A stretch of DNA of 38,974 nt from Candidatus Bathyarchaeia archaeon (GTDB taxonomy: Archaea > Thermoproteota > Bathyarchaeia > Bathyarchaeales > Bathycorpusculaceae). The stretch lies in NCBI GenBank assembly GCA_050012255.1, contig JBEKHN010000018.1, positions 1 through 38,974 of the forward strand, read 5' to 3'. Below, one piece after another: positions 9,043-17,942 of this stretch (position 1 is its first letter; every line of letters starts with the position of its first letter). Position numbers and translations under genes: made by a program. Under the pieces are notes generated by a model. That model ran no database searches, had not been told where the DNA came from, and worked only from the letters and a program-made list of their open reading frames with translations.

Positions 9043-10212
9043 ATGAATGAACGCCGCATGGGTTCCTCTGCAGCGGTCATAGCTCTAGTCCTCGTTGCAG
9101 GACTGATAGTTGGAGCAATGGTAACATCTTACGTGTTTTTGCAGAAGATCAACAATCTTGAGAATGATGTTTCAAACCTTTCAAGTATAGTCTCAAGAAT
9201 CTCAGGCAACCAGACGAACCTCTACCAGACGATCACTCTCAATTGGAACGCAACTGCGTTAAACGAATTATACCAGAAGGTCAAAGACTCGGTTGTTCTG
9301 ATTGAAGGTCAAACGAGCAGCGGAACCGTTCAGGGTTCAGGTTTCGTCTACAACATGACGGGATCATTGCTTGTGGTGACAAACAATCACGTTGTGCACG
9401 GAACGACAAGCTTGAGCGTGACTTTTTCAAACGGTGACGGCTACGCAGCCACGGTGAATGGGACAGACCCGTACTCAGATTTAGCAGTGGTCTCCGTTGT
9501 AGGTGCTGCCGAGGGTGAATTCAAGCCGATTGCTGTTGCGAGTTCCTCAGCATTGAGGGTCGGAGACTCTGTGGTGGCGATAGGGGCCCCCTTCGGCCTA
9601 GCGGGGTCGATGACCACGGGCGTGATAAGCGGTCTAGGCAGAACGATAACTGAGAGCGAATATGCTGGGGGTTTTGCGATAGCTAACATCATACAAACGA
9701 GCACTCCTGTAAACCCGGGCAACTCTGGCGGTCCCCTGCTGGACCTCGACGGCAAAGTCGTGGGGATAACTGCAGCTACAGCTGAGGTTTCTCAGGGCAC
9801 GCCGGCTCAGGGAGTAGTTTTTGCCGTTCCCTCGAACACGATACTCAGGGAGATTGCAGCCTTGGTTGCAACTGGCCATTATGACGGGCACTCATATTTG
9901 GGCGTAGGAGCAACGGCCGACCGCGGAGGAGACATGACCTACTTCGATTCTCAGACTCTGCACACAGACGTAACCTACGGCTGGTGGATAGGGGAAGTGG
10001 TCCCTGGAGGACCAGCTGACAAGGCAGGAGTGCACGTCGACGACATACTGGTCGGAATCAATAAGTCTCGTATACAAAACGGCGACGAGATGTCCAGTTA
10101 CCTAGAAGAAAACACGCTACCTACAGAAAATGTGACCTTAAACCTTGTCAGGAACAATCAAAATCTCGATTTACTACTAACCTTGGGAACAAGGCCTCCG
10201 CCACCGTCCTAA
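9043..10212 (+). CDS. Membrane-anchored HtrA/DegP-like S1C serine protease with PDZ domain
   Basis: N-terminal TM; GSGF, TNNHVV, DLAVV and NPGNSGGPL triad motifs; PDZ (GPADKAG). AGGTGA SD before ATG 9043 (alternative GTG 9034). Confidence 0.9.
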   Translation: MNERRMGSSAAVIALVLVAGLIVGAMVTSYVFLQKINNLENDVSNLSSIVSRISGNQTNLYQTITLNWNATALNELYQKVKDSVVLIEGQTSSGTVQGSGFVYNMTGSLLVVTNNHVVHGTTSLSVTFSNGDGYAATVNGTDPYSDLAVVSVVGAAEGEFKPIAVASSSALRVGDSVVAIGAPFGLAGSMTTGVISGLGRTITESEYAGGFAIANIIQTSTPVNPGNSGGPLLDLDGKVVGITAATAEVSQGTPAQGVVFAVPSNTILREIAALVATGHYDGHSYLGVGATADRGGDMTYFDSQTLHTDVTYGWWIGEVVPGGPADKAGVHVDDILVGINKSRIQNGDEMSSYLEENTLPTENVTLNLVRNNQNLDLLLTLGTRPPPPS

Positions 10213-10218
10213 CAATCC

Positions 10219-10905
10219 CTACACCTGCTTGCTCAGGACAAGTTCTGATTTCTGGCTGCGCTGGGACCTGAAGAATCTTGGCAGTTCAAAGATAACACTG
10301 GCCGCAAAAAGAACCATGTACACTAAATGCGGCACGATTAACCAAGCAGGCACAGACAACGGGTAGCTCAAGAACGTTGGCAGCAACACCGTGAAAATGG
10401 GGATCATCAGTATGAGGTTGGACCGATGGGCCTGAAACAATGCGACTATATCCCGAGTAATCAGCAAGATCGCAATGGACACAACGAACAGACTAAATTC
10501 TAAAGCCACGTTTTCCGCGCTCATTATGCTTGCCCCTGCTAATCCAAAACGTTGCTGGCTTATCGGCCAGAAAAGTTGCAAACCCCCTCCAGTTAAGTAG
10601 TCACCTATCAAAGCGTGCTGGACCAAGGCTATGAAATACGGAACCGCGGTCTTCCGATAGAGTACAAAGAAAGGAATGAAGATGATGAACGAAACCACAA
10701 ACGAATGTGCTGGGCCCCTGTGCTGGAGGATCGGAGCCAACACGGGCACGTGTTCTGCCAGGATATCTATGTCAGGGATGATAGATAAGGTCAGTACGAG
10801 CGGAATGTTAAGGTTTGTTTTCAGGAGCTTGGACGAAGTTTTGCCCAGGATATGGCCTAACGCCATGTGGCCGACTGCGAAACGAGTTTTGTTCCTCCTC
10901 TGCAA
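10219..10905 (-). CDS. Membrane metal-dependent hydrolase (YdjM-like)
   Basis: GH, IPDID, HRGPAHS, H-x-x-x-x-D and LFWP motifs; multiple TM helices. Start uncertain. Confidence 0.8.
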   Translation of the reverse strand: MQRRNKTRFAVGHMALGHILGKTSSKLLKTNLNIPLVLTLSIIPDIDILAEHVPVLAPILQHRGPAHSFVVSFIIFIPFFVLYRKTAVPYFIALVQHALIGDYLTGGGLQLFWPISQQRFGLAGASIMSAENVALEFSLFVVSIAILLITRDIVALFQAHRSNLILMIPIFTVLLPTFLSYPLSVPAWLIVPHLVYMVLFAASVIFELPRFFRSQRSQKSELVLSKQV

Positions 10906-11180
10906 GCGACAACAATACTTGAATAATTAAGTCTATAGGTCGTGAACCCTGCTTGAGCGTCTGCACGTTAACGATGGGCCAGTAACGGACCTCTCATTCA
11001 GAACTATGGTCTGCCAACAACGTTCTCTGCTTTGCCTTTTCCCTGTGTCAACTTACGCATCAACACTGCTTAACCCCCTGCAAGGTTTGAAGCTTTCATG
11101 TTGGCAATTCTTTTATGAATCAGGACCCTCCGTATTGTTCAGAGCCGAAGACGGTGAGATGTTTCAAGAGGTGATGTTTT

Positions 11181-11354
11181 TTGGCGAGGAAAGTTGTCAA
11201 GGTCTACCTGCCACCTTCACAGAAGAAGGTTCTTGACCGAATGTGCATAAGCCTAGGAATGGCTGAAAGCGAGGCTCTGCGCACCGCATTCTTGGAATAC
11301 GCAAAAAGCCTAGGCTTGATGACTGAACAGATCCGCGGCGACAGACTCAACTAG
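11181..11354 (+). CDS. Small ribbon-helix-helix (CopG-like) DNA-binding protein (57 aa)
   Basis: Manual translation from TTG after a GAGGTGA SD: MARKVVKVYLPPSQKKVLDRMCISLGMAESEALRTAFLEYAKSLGLMTEQIRGDRLN*. Beta strand, helix, then G-x-x-x-S-E-x-x-R-x-A helix. Confidence 0.75.
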   Translation: MARKVVKVYLPPSQKKVLDRMCISLGMAESEALRTAFLEYAKSLGLMTEQIRGDRLN

Positions 11355-11496
11355 CGACAAGCTTGACAGCCTGGGTCTGGCTGATACCCTAGCATGGAGG
11401 GACGGGTGCGTTAGCAGGCTGAACCCGGGGCACTTGAAACCTGAAGACGCCGTTGCGTGGCAGCGCAGTACATGAAAAGCACTGAAGAAGTACTAT

Positions 11497-11673
11497 CCTT
11501 GCCGAAACTCTTCGCCAAACCCTTTGCACAAGCTCAGCTTTAAGTCCTTACAAATCCAGTAGGGCCTTCGCCAGTGCCTATTTGCAGTACTAGTACCCTA
11601 GGGGGGAGGGGGGAGGGTGGAATAGACGGGGTCAAAACGCGAATACAGGGATGTAGCGTTTCTCATCCAGACA
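11497..11673 (+). repeat. Left copy of ~175-bp imperfect inverted repeat (conserved core 11583-11673)
   Basis: Hand alignment to the reverse complement of 14923-15097: core differs by 4 substitutions and 2 G-run indels over 91 nt; outer 86 nt align without gaps at 55/86. Confidence 0.9.
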
Positions 11674-11756
11674 GAGCTCGAATCAGAAACCAGTGCAGGC
11701 TAATCACGCGGTATTCTATTCCAAACGAAAGTTCATTAACAGGTGTTCTGTTTTTG

Positions 11757-12164
11757 ATGCCTATGCGATTCAGAGATCTTACGAAGCTGGATCTTGAACT
11801 TGTCGAGAAAGCAAAGGATTTGATTGGAAAGCGAAAGTCGAAAAGATCGTCTGTTGCAGCTGTCTTGCGGACCAAGAACAACAGGATGTTCTCCGGTGTC
11901 AACATCGAGATAGAGTGTTCTGCTCCATGCTCAATCTGCGCAGAGTATGCAGCGGTCGGAACGATGGTTTCTGAGGGAGAAGAAGAAATTGAGACCATTG
12001 TCGCGTTTGCATACAAGAACGGTGGTCGTGTCCTGCCGCCATGTGGGAAGTGTAGACAGTTCATAAGCGAATTCGGCGACCCGCACGTGATTGTTCAGGT
12101 CGACCGGAAACTCAAGAAAGTCAGACTGAGCGAACTGTACCCGTTGCCCGTGGTCTCTGAGTGA
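11757..12164 (+). CDS. cdd: Cytidine deaminase family protein (CAE/PCGxC type)
   Basis: GVNIE, SICAE and PPCGKCRQ zinc motifs. Start moved to ATG 11757 (or 11763) because the longer ORF runs through the repeat. Confidence 0.8.
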   Translation: MPMRFRDLTKLDLELVEKAKDLIGKRKSKRSSVAAVLRTKNNRMFSGVNIEIECSAPCSICAEYAAVGTMVSEGEEEIETIVAFAYKNGGRVLPPCGKCRQFISEFGDPHVIVQVDRKLKKVRLSELYPLPVVSE

Positions 12165-12946
12165 GTCAGGCAATGAGTCTTTATGACCCGATCGTCAGGC
12201 ATAGAGCCGTAGAGAAACTTGTCACGAGGGGCACTGGTAAGGATCAAGAAAGAAAGTATTGGCGGTTCCGCATTGATCGCTGGTACGGCGGAATAGTGAC
12301 GGCCGACGCAGTGGGGTGTGGTCTCCTCTGCAAGTTTTGCTGGGTCTCAAACCAGATCATGATGAAACCTGCGGAGGTTGGGAAGTATTGTGGCCCTGAA
12401 ACCGTTGCGAACACCCTCGTTAGAATGGCTGGAAAAAAGGCGATTCGACAAATTCGTTTAAGCGGAGGGGAACCCACGATCGGCAGAGACCACCTTCTTC
12501 ATGTTCTGGAAGGCTTGAAGGAGCAGAGCCTACTTTTCATCCTTGAAACCAACGGCATACTGATAGGACAAGACATGAGTTACGCTCATGAACTTTCAGA
12601 ATTCCCGTTTGTTCACGTCCGCGTCTCTCTCAAGGGGTGCAGTGAGGAAGAATTTTCCAGTCTGACGGGGGCAAAGCAGGAAGGCTTTCAGATGCAACTG
12701 AAGGCTCTGCAAAACCTGGTTGCAGAACACGTGCAGTGTCATCCAGCCGTGATGGTTTCGTTTTCTCCAGAAAACAGTCTGCAAAGACTCGTTGAAAGCT
12801 TGCGTGCGATCGATCCGAAACTAGTCGAGGAGCTCGAAACTGAGGAGCTCATCCTGTACCCAAGCGTTCAAACAAAAGTGCGTAGACATGGCCTCAGCTA
12901 CTATCGATCTTACATGCCGAACCGTGTTCCGAAAGAACTCGTCTAG
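12161..12946 (+). CDS. Radical SAM protein (archaeal YGG-x-x-TAD-x-x-GC type)
   Basis: CGLLCKFC (CxxxCxxC), SGGEP and LETNG motifs; GTGA overlap with the deaminase stop. Confidence 0.9.
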   Translation: MSQAMSLYDPIVRHRAVEKLVTRGTGKDQERKYWRFRIDRWYGGIVTADAVGCGLLCKFCWVSNQIMMKPAEVGKYCGPETVANTLVRMAGKKAIRQIRLSGGEPTIGRDHLLHVLEGLKEQSLLFILETNGILIGQDMSYAHELSEFPFVHVRVSLKGCSEEEFSSLTGAKQEGFQMQLKALQNLVAEHVQCHPAVMVSFSPENSLQRLVESLRAIDPKLVEELETEELILYPSVQTKVRRHGLSYYRSYMPNRVPKELV

Positions 12947-13552
12947 CTTTCACCAATGAGGACAAGGTTTCCCGCGTCTTCAGCGGAGTCGCTATCACCT
13001 TTCTCGAGCACTTGACGGTCGAGACAGCTTTGCCTGCGATTCCTCTTTCCTTTTTCTTCTACGCCGAATTAGTTCCACATCCAAAACGAGAATGAATGCT
13101 CCACCGATCCGCACCGACTGCTGTCATCATGCCCAAAACGATAGGCATGGAGATAGTCGACGTCATGAGTCCTTCAATATCTCTATCTTCCAGTTTCTTC
13201 CTTTACAACCGCCAGAATGTTGTCCTCACTGTTCGCGCACATGGCATTCTTGAAAGAATCCTCTATAACTCAGCTCCGTCCAGTCTATCCTTGTGTTGCA
13301 ACCGCTAAACAGTAACATTAGCGCGCGCTGTCCAGTTTTCCCTTTTTCCAAGTTTCAGGTGTGCACGTAGAATTCAGACTTGGCATTCATACAAGCTAAA
13401 TGCAATGACGGAGCCTACTTTCTTATTAACAGTAATAAGGATGTCACTGCAATGGCATCAGACGATGAGCGCGCACGTTGAAGGCCAATGGAGACAGCGT
13501 ATGCGTGAACAGCACGGTCTGTCAAGCGCGAACATGACGGAGGTGAGGCAAC

Positions 13553-14020
13553 TTGAGTGAGCGTGCCCGAATCCTTGTTGTCGACGATGACGAAGGAATA
13601 AGAAGAACGTTGGCGGCCATACTGGAAGACGAAGGCTACGTGGTTGACGCTGTGGAGAGCGGACGAGAAGCCATTGAGAGGTCTGACAGAAGAATCTACA
13701 ACGTGGCTTTGATCGATGTTCGGCTTCTGGACATGGAGGGGACGGAGCTTCTTACCAAGATGAAGGATAGAGTGCCAAGAACGCGGAAGATAATCATCAC
13801 TGGTTACCCAACAGTTCAGAACGCAATGGAGGCTGTTAACAAGAATGCAGACGCGTACTTGTTGAAGCCGTTTGACATAGCTAAGGTTCTCTTCGTTATC
13901 AAAGACCAGCTGCGGAAGCAGGAGGAGGAAGGCAGGTTCAATCAGGAAAGAGTCACGGCGTTCATCGAGACGAGTGTCAGGGAACTTGAGACCAAGACTG
14001 CTGGCAGCAAGCTGAAGTGA
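13553..14020 (+). CDS. Stand-alone response regulator (receiver domain plus short tail)
   Basis: ILVVDDD, LID, ITG and KP motifs; GGAGGTGA SD before TTG. Confidence 0.9.
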   Translation: MSERARILVVDDDEGIRRTLAAILEDEGYVVDAVESGREAIERSDRRIYNVALIDVRLLDMEGTELLTKMKDRVPRTRKIIITGYPTVQNAMEAVNKNADAYLLKPFDIAKVLFVIKDQLRKQEEEGRFNQERVTAFIETSVRELETKTAGSKLK

Positions 14021-14027
14021 AGGCTTT

Positions 14028-14462
14028 CTACTCTTTTCTCAGTCGCCTATGAGTGCTTACCTTTTTCCATTCATCATGTTTCTGCAGGACTTCCTTTGTC
14101 TGAGTGTTTATGAAGTCTTCGACGCTTCGGTACGGCGTGTTCATCTGCCTCAGTGCTTCTTCAAGCATGTCGTACTGTTCTTTGGGCATTTCTATGTATT
14201 CATGTTCTTGTCTTAGCCATGTCAATCGGAATCTTATGGCGTCGCGTATGAACTCTTCCTTCGTCGTGTAGCCTAGGTGCTTGTTCTCTTCTATGAAGCT
14301 CTGTGTCTGTGTGAGCAGCTCTTGGGGGAGTATGACTGACTGGTTTATCAGCGCGTTTATCGCGTCTTGGTACGTCTGCATCTTGCTCGTCTGAGTCATC
14401 AGTTCGCCCATCAGTGCCGTCAGCTTCTGGTGGATGTCCTCTGAAATCTTGAGGGTCTTCAT
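14028..14462 (-). CDS. Protein with three tandem ribbon-helix-helix-like repeats (144 aa)
   Basis: KTLKISEDIH...TYQDAINALI; SVILPQELL...GYTTKEEFIRDAIR; YIEMPKEQY...PYRSVEDFI. Start moved to ATG 14462. Confidence 0.7.
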   Translation of the reverse strand: MKTLKISEDIHQKLTALMGELMTQTSKMQTYQDAINALINQSVILPQELLTQTQSFIEENKHLGYTTKEEFIRDAIRFRLTWLRQEHEYIEMPKEQYDMLEEALRQMNTPYRSVEDFINTQTKEVLQKHDEWKKVSTHRRLRKE

Positions 14463-14538
14463 CTTGTTTTCCCGTTTCGCTTCTTGGTTTGTTGGTGTAT
14501 ATTTTGTTTTTGGTATTATATATGGAGACAGATTTATT

Positions 14539-14556
14539 AAGTATACTAAGTATACC
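14539..14556. promoter_or_regulatory. Tandem 9-bp repeat in a divergent promoter, candidate RHH operator
   Basis: AAGTATACT-AAGTATACC, each with palindromic GTATAC, next to TTTATTAA. Confidence 0.35.
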
Positions 14557-14598
14557 ATATGCTCGCTTTGAGTCGCACAGCTTGACGGGGGATGTCGA

Positions 14599-14838
14599 GT
14601 GCCATTCATCTTCTACTGCAGCCAGTGCGGGTCATTGTTGTACGAGGATTCAAAGCCTCTTTTGCAGGATGGAACGTACAGGCGTCAGACGTACCTTCAG
14701 AGCGTTGTCCTCAAGATTGGAGGCAAGTGTCCGAATTGCGGCCGCAAATTGCATATTCCTCCTTCGAAGGTGGAGGTCTTGGCACCTCAGCTGTCGACAG
14801 CTGTGGAAAGAAAAGGGAAGGTCTTGCTTTCTGAGTGA
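14599..14838 (+). CDS. Small zinc-ribbon protein
   Basis: FYCSQCG...KCPNCGRKL (two CxxC); GGGGGA upstream of GTG. Confidence 0.7.
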   Translation: MPFIFYCSQCGSLLYEDSKPLLQDGTYRRQTYLQSVVLKIGGKCPNCGRKLHIPPSKVEVLAPQLSTAVERKGKVLLSE

Positions 14839-14922
14839 CTGTTTTAGCGGCGTGGTGCGCACTGCGGCGGGGGCGGTGGGTATGCAGCTTGCGGAGCTGG
14901 TGACGGGGTGGGTTTCGCGTCT

Positions 14923-15097
14923 TGTCTGGATGGGAAACACTACATCCCTGTATTCGCGTTTTGACCTCGTCTATTTCACCCTCCCCCTCCCCCTAGGGTA
15001 CTAGTACTGCACGCGGGCGCAGAGAAAGGCCCTTGTGACTTTGCAAGGGCTTGAAGCAAGGTGCGTGAAGAAGATTTGGCTCAGAGTCTGGACAAGG
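14923..15097 (-). repeat. Right copy of ~175-bp imperfect inverted repeat (conserved core 14923-15011)
   Basis: Reverse complement reads TGCAGTACTAGTACCCTAGGGGGAGGGGGAGGGTGAAATAGACGAGGTCAAAACGCGAATACAGGGATGTAG..., matching 11583 onward. Confidence 0.9.
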
Positions 15098-15136
15098 CTT
15101 TGAAAGCGAGCGTGCGCTATTTCTGCCTCTTTCTTA

Positions 15137-16342
15137 TCACATGTTCTCTTTGATCATCTTGGCCAGGCGCTTGATGCCTTCTTCTATCTGCTGCTCTGAC
15201 GGGTATGAGAAGTTTATTCTCATGGTGTTCTGGCCTTTGCCGTTGCAATGAAAAGCCGAGCCTTTTACGTAGACCACTCCATTTTCGACTGCCTTTGGAA
15301 AGAGGTCGTCACTGCTCATTCTCTTCGGAAGTTTGACCCATAGAAACAGTCCGCCTTCCGGCTTGGTCCACGCCACACCCTTCGGCATGTATTTCTGCAA
15401 GGCTTCCAGCATCACCTGACGCTTTCTTGCGTAGAGTCTGCGGATACTCTCAATCTGCTTCGGCAGCAACCCGCGTTTCATGTACTCGGCCGCTATGAGC
15501 TGAGTGAACGTGGGCGAGCAGAGGTCCATGCTCTGTTTGGCGACGACCATCCTGTCCATCCACTCGGCGGGGGCCATTATCCAAGCCAACCTTAGTCCTG
15601 GGCAGAGCAGCTTGGAGAAGGTTCCCAGGACTATGACTTGACTCTCTTTGTCCAAGCTGAAAATGGCTGGAACGCTTTCGCCTGCGAATCTGAGGTCTCT
15701 GTATGGGCTGTCTTCAACGACGGGAAGCTCGTGCTCGTAAGCCAATTCCAAGAGTCTCTTGCGTCTTTCCAAGGACATCGTGACTCCTGAAGGATTCTGA
15801 AAGTCTGGGACAACGTAGATGAATTTTTGTTTCTTGTGCCTCTTTGCCAGTCTGGTCAAAGTTTTTTCCAGAAGGTCCATCCTCATTCCTTGATTGTCTT
15901 GGAGGACACCGACCATCTTGGCTCTGTAGGCTGTGAACGCTTGCAGACCGCCGATGTACGTTGGCAACTCAACTATTACCGTGTCCTTCGGGTCCAGGAA
16001 GACTTTGGAGATGATGTCCAAACCCTGTTGCGACCCTGACGTGACAAGGATGTTTTCGGGTTTGATCCCGGGTTTTTCACGTGAAATCCATTTGGCAATT
16101 TCTTCACGCAGAGCCCATTCTCCCTCGGTGGGTCCATACTGAAGGGCCACGGCTCCTTTTTGCCTCAGTATCTGACAAGCTATGTCTTCCAGGTCTTCGA
16201 CGGGAAAAGTCTCTGGAGCGGGAAGTCCCCCAGCGAAGGAGATCATGTCGGGTCGTCGGGTCACTTTCAGAAGTTCGCGGATCTCAGAACGTTTCATGTT
16301 GAGAGCATTCTTGGAGTAGAAGGCTGAAAGGTCTTTGATCAC
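15137..16342 (-). CDS. PLP-dependent class I/II aminotransferase (LysN/ARO8-like)
   Basis: ISFAGGLP, LQYG, GSQQ, FQNPSG, EDSPY and GTFSK-x-x-x-PGLR motifs. Confidence 0.92.
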   Translation of the reverse strand: MIKDLSAFYSKNALNMKRSEIRELLKVTRRPDMISFAGGLPAPETFPVEDLEDIACQILRQKGAVALQYGPTEGEWALREEIAKWISREKPGIKPENILVTSGSQQGLDIISKVFLDPKDTVIVELPTYIGGLQAFTAYRAKMVGVLQDNQGMRMDLLEKTLTRLAKRHKKQKFIYVVPDFQNPSGVTMSLERRKRLLELAYEHELPVVEDSPYRDLRFAGESVPAIFSLDKESQVIVLGTFSKLLCPGLRLAWIMAPAEWMDRMVVAKQSMDLCSPTFTQLIAAEYMKRGLLPKQIESIRRLYARKRQVMLEALQKYMPKGVAWTKPEGGLFLWVKLPKRMSSDDLFPKAVENGVVYVKGSAFHCNGKGQNTMRINFSYPSEQQIEEGIKRLAKMIKENM

Positions 16343-16504
16343 AATGACTCCTTCTTCTCAGCTTGAGACGACCGCCTGTTTGCCAATGATTAAATGTAGA
16401 CATATAAGGTTGTTGTAGTATGCGCAAGAATTCATGCGTGCCGACCGGAGTTTCTCAAAGGAGTCCCAGGCATCGTAAGGCAACTTTACCATGGCGCGGG
16501 GGCA

Positions 16505-17942
16505 TTACTTCAAGGGAAGGCCGTAATGCTCTTCGATAGTGTGGTGGTACAGCTGCGGTGTCATGAGCGGGCTGAAGGCTCTCGCTACAACCTCGCTCAA
16601 CGCCGGGTGGATGTGCATTGCCTTGATGAGCGGTTCTGCGCTTTGTTCATCAGTGTACATGACGTTCACTATCTCTTGAATGAGAACTGAAGCGTAGGGC
16701 CCGATAATGTGTGCGCCTATGATTTTTCAGCGGGTCTTTTTCAAGTATTACCTTCACAAAATAGTCTCGCACGCCCATAGCTTCTCCTTTGGCCGTGTCT
16801 TCATACCTGTGAAAGCCGATCAGAACGTTTTCTTGGCTGTACTTTTCTATTGCCTCCTTCTCCTTTAGCCCAACCGACGCGATTTCCGGATAGGTGAAGA
16901 CAGCATGTGGGACGGCGTGATAGTCGACTTTGACACCTTTCTTCTGTACAGCGTTGAAATACACGAGTAGAGCCTCGTAGTTTGCCACGTGCTTAAACAA
17001 GTATTTGCCGTCTGCGTCGCCGAAGGCCCAAACGTTAGGCTGGGATGTCTCCAAATACTCATTAACGATGATCCAGCCTTTTTCGTCAGTTTTGATTCCG
17101 GCCCTGTCTGGATGCAGTATGTCCGAATTGGGGCCTCTTCCCGACGCGACAAGTATCTCGTCTGCCACTATTTCAGCTTCCCTTCCTGTTTCTCTGTCAA
17201 CTGCGATTACCTTTCTCCTGCCCGCCGAAGTGTTCTCGACTCTGCGCACCTCATGGTTCGTGATAACGGTCATGTGCTTCTGCAGTTCTCTCTTAGCCAA
17301 CGCGGACACTTCTGGCTCTTCTTCTGGAATGAACTGTGGATTTCTGCCAATTATCGTGACCTTGGACCCCATGGCTGAAAGGAAATGGCCGTACTCAGCA
17401 GCTATGTACCCGCCACCGATGATTGCGATGCTCTTAGGGAGGCGATCAAGCTTGAGGATCGTGTCGCTTGTCAGGTAGGGTACGCTTTCGAGACCGGCTA
17501 TTGCAGGTATGATTGGTTTCGACCCGCTGCATAGGAAAATCATTTTTGATGTTATGGTTTCGTCGCCAACCTTCAACGTGTAGGGCGCCACAAATTCGGC
17601 TACGCTGTTGTAGTAGTCTAGGTTCTTGGAATGAGAAAGCCCCTGCCGCAAACTGTTGATTTCCCCGTAGATCATGGTTCTCATTCTCTGCATGACTTTC
17701 TGAAAATCAACGTTCTTGATATCAGCAGATATGCCGAACTCCTTGGCTCTTTCCATTGTCCTTACCAACTCTGCAGGGTACAGAAGAATTTTGGACGGAA
17801 TGCAACCGCGGGTGAGACAGATGCCGCCTGGCTCATCCTTATCTATTATCGCGGCTCTCACGCTCGGATTATCTTCAATCAACGCGTTCACTATTTCCAT
17901 GGCCGAGCCTGTGCCTAACACTATAAAGTCATATTCTTTCAC
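16505..17942 (-). pseudogene. lpdA: Dihydrolipoamide dehydrogenase-family flavoprotein with a single extra-base frameshift at 16723-16727 (pseudogene or sequence error)
   Basis: GGICLTRGCIPSK and GGGYIAAE motifs. Removing one A from the A5 run restores KIIGAHIIGPYASVLIQE...HIHPALSE and gives a 478-aa protein from GTG 17942 to TAA 16505. Confidence 0.8.

Larger units (their letters stand above)
11497..15097. mobile_element. Putative non-autonomous cassette or island bounded by long inverted repeats
   Basis: Inverted repeat pair enclosing unrelated accessory genes. No transposase, integrase or target-site duplication recognised, so mobility is inferred only. Confidence 0.35.

Noticed and set aside
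10867-10905. Third non-canonical start (hydrolase; GGAGG followed by no NTG codon)
   Set aside because: An in-frame TTG at 10905 about 20 nt downstream of a TATA-like TTAATTA is a sufficient, probably leaderless, start.
11430-11490. Hammerhead ribozyme (CTGAAGA ... GAAA)
   Set aside because: Stem II does not close next to the GAAA and no stem I/III pairing was found.
11583-11673. Repeat as an origin recognition box (ORB), CRISPR repeat or dif site
   Set aside because: No TTCCA-x-TGGAA ORB core or adjacent cdc6/orc1; only two inverted copies without spacers; no 11-6-11 AT-rich dif layout.
11574-11756. N-terminal extension of the deaminase ORF
   Set aside because: It translates the non-coding repeat (GGRGEGG); the deaminase domain begins at Met 11757/11763.
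14489-15004. 171-aa ORF and the other alternative frames over the Zn-ribbon gene
   Set aside because: No motifs, and they cross the promoter or repeat; the two-CxxC frame 14599-14838 is the credible gene.
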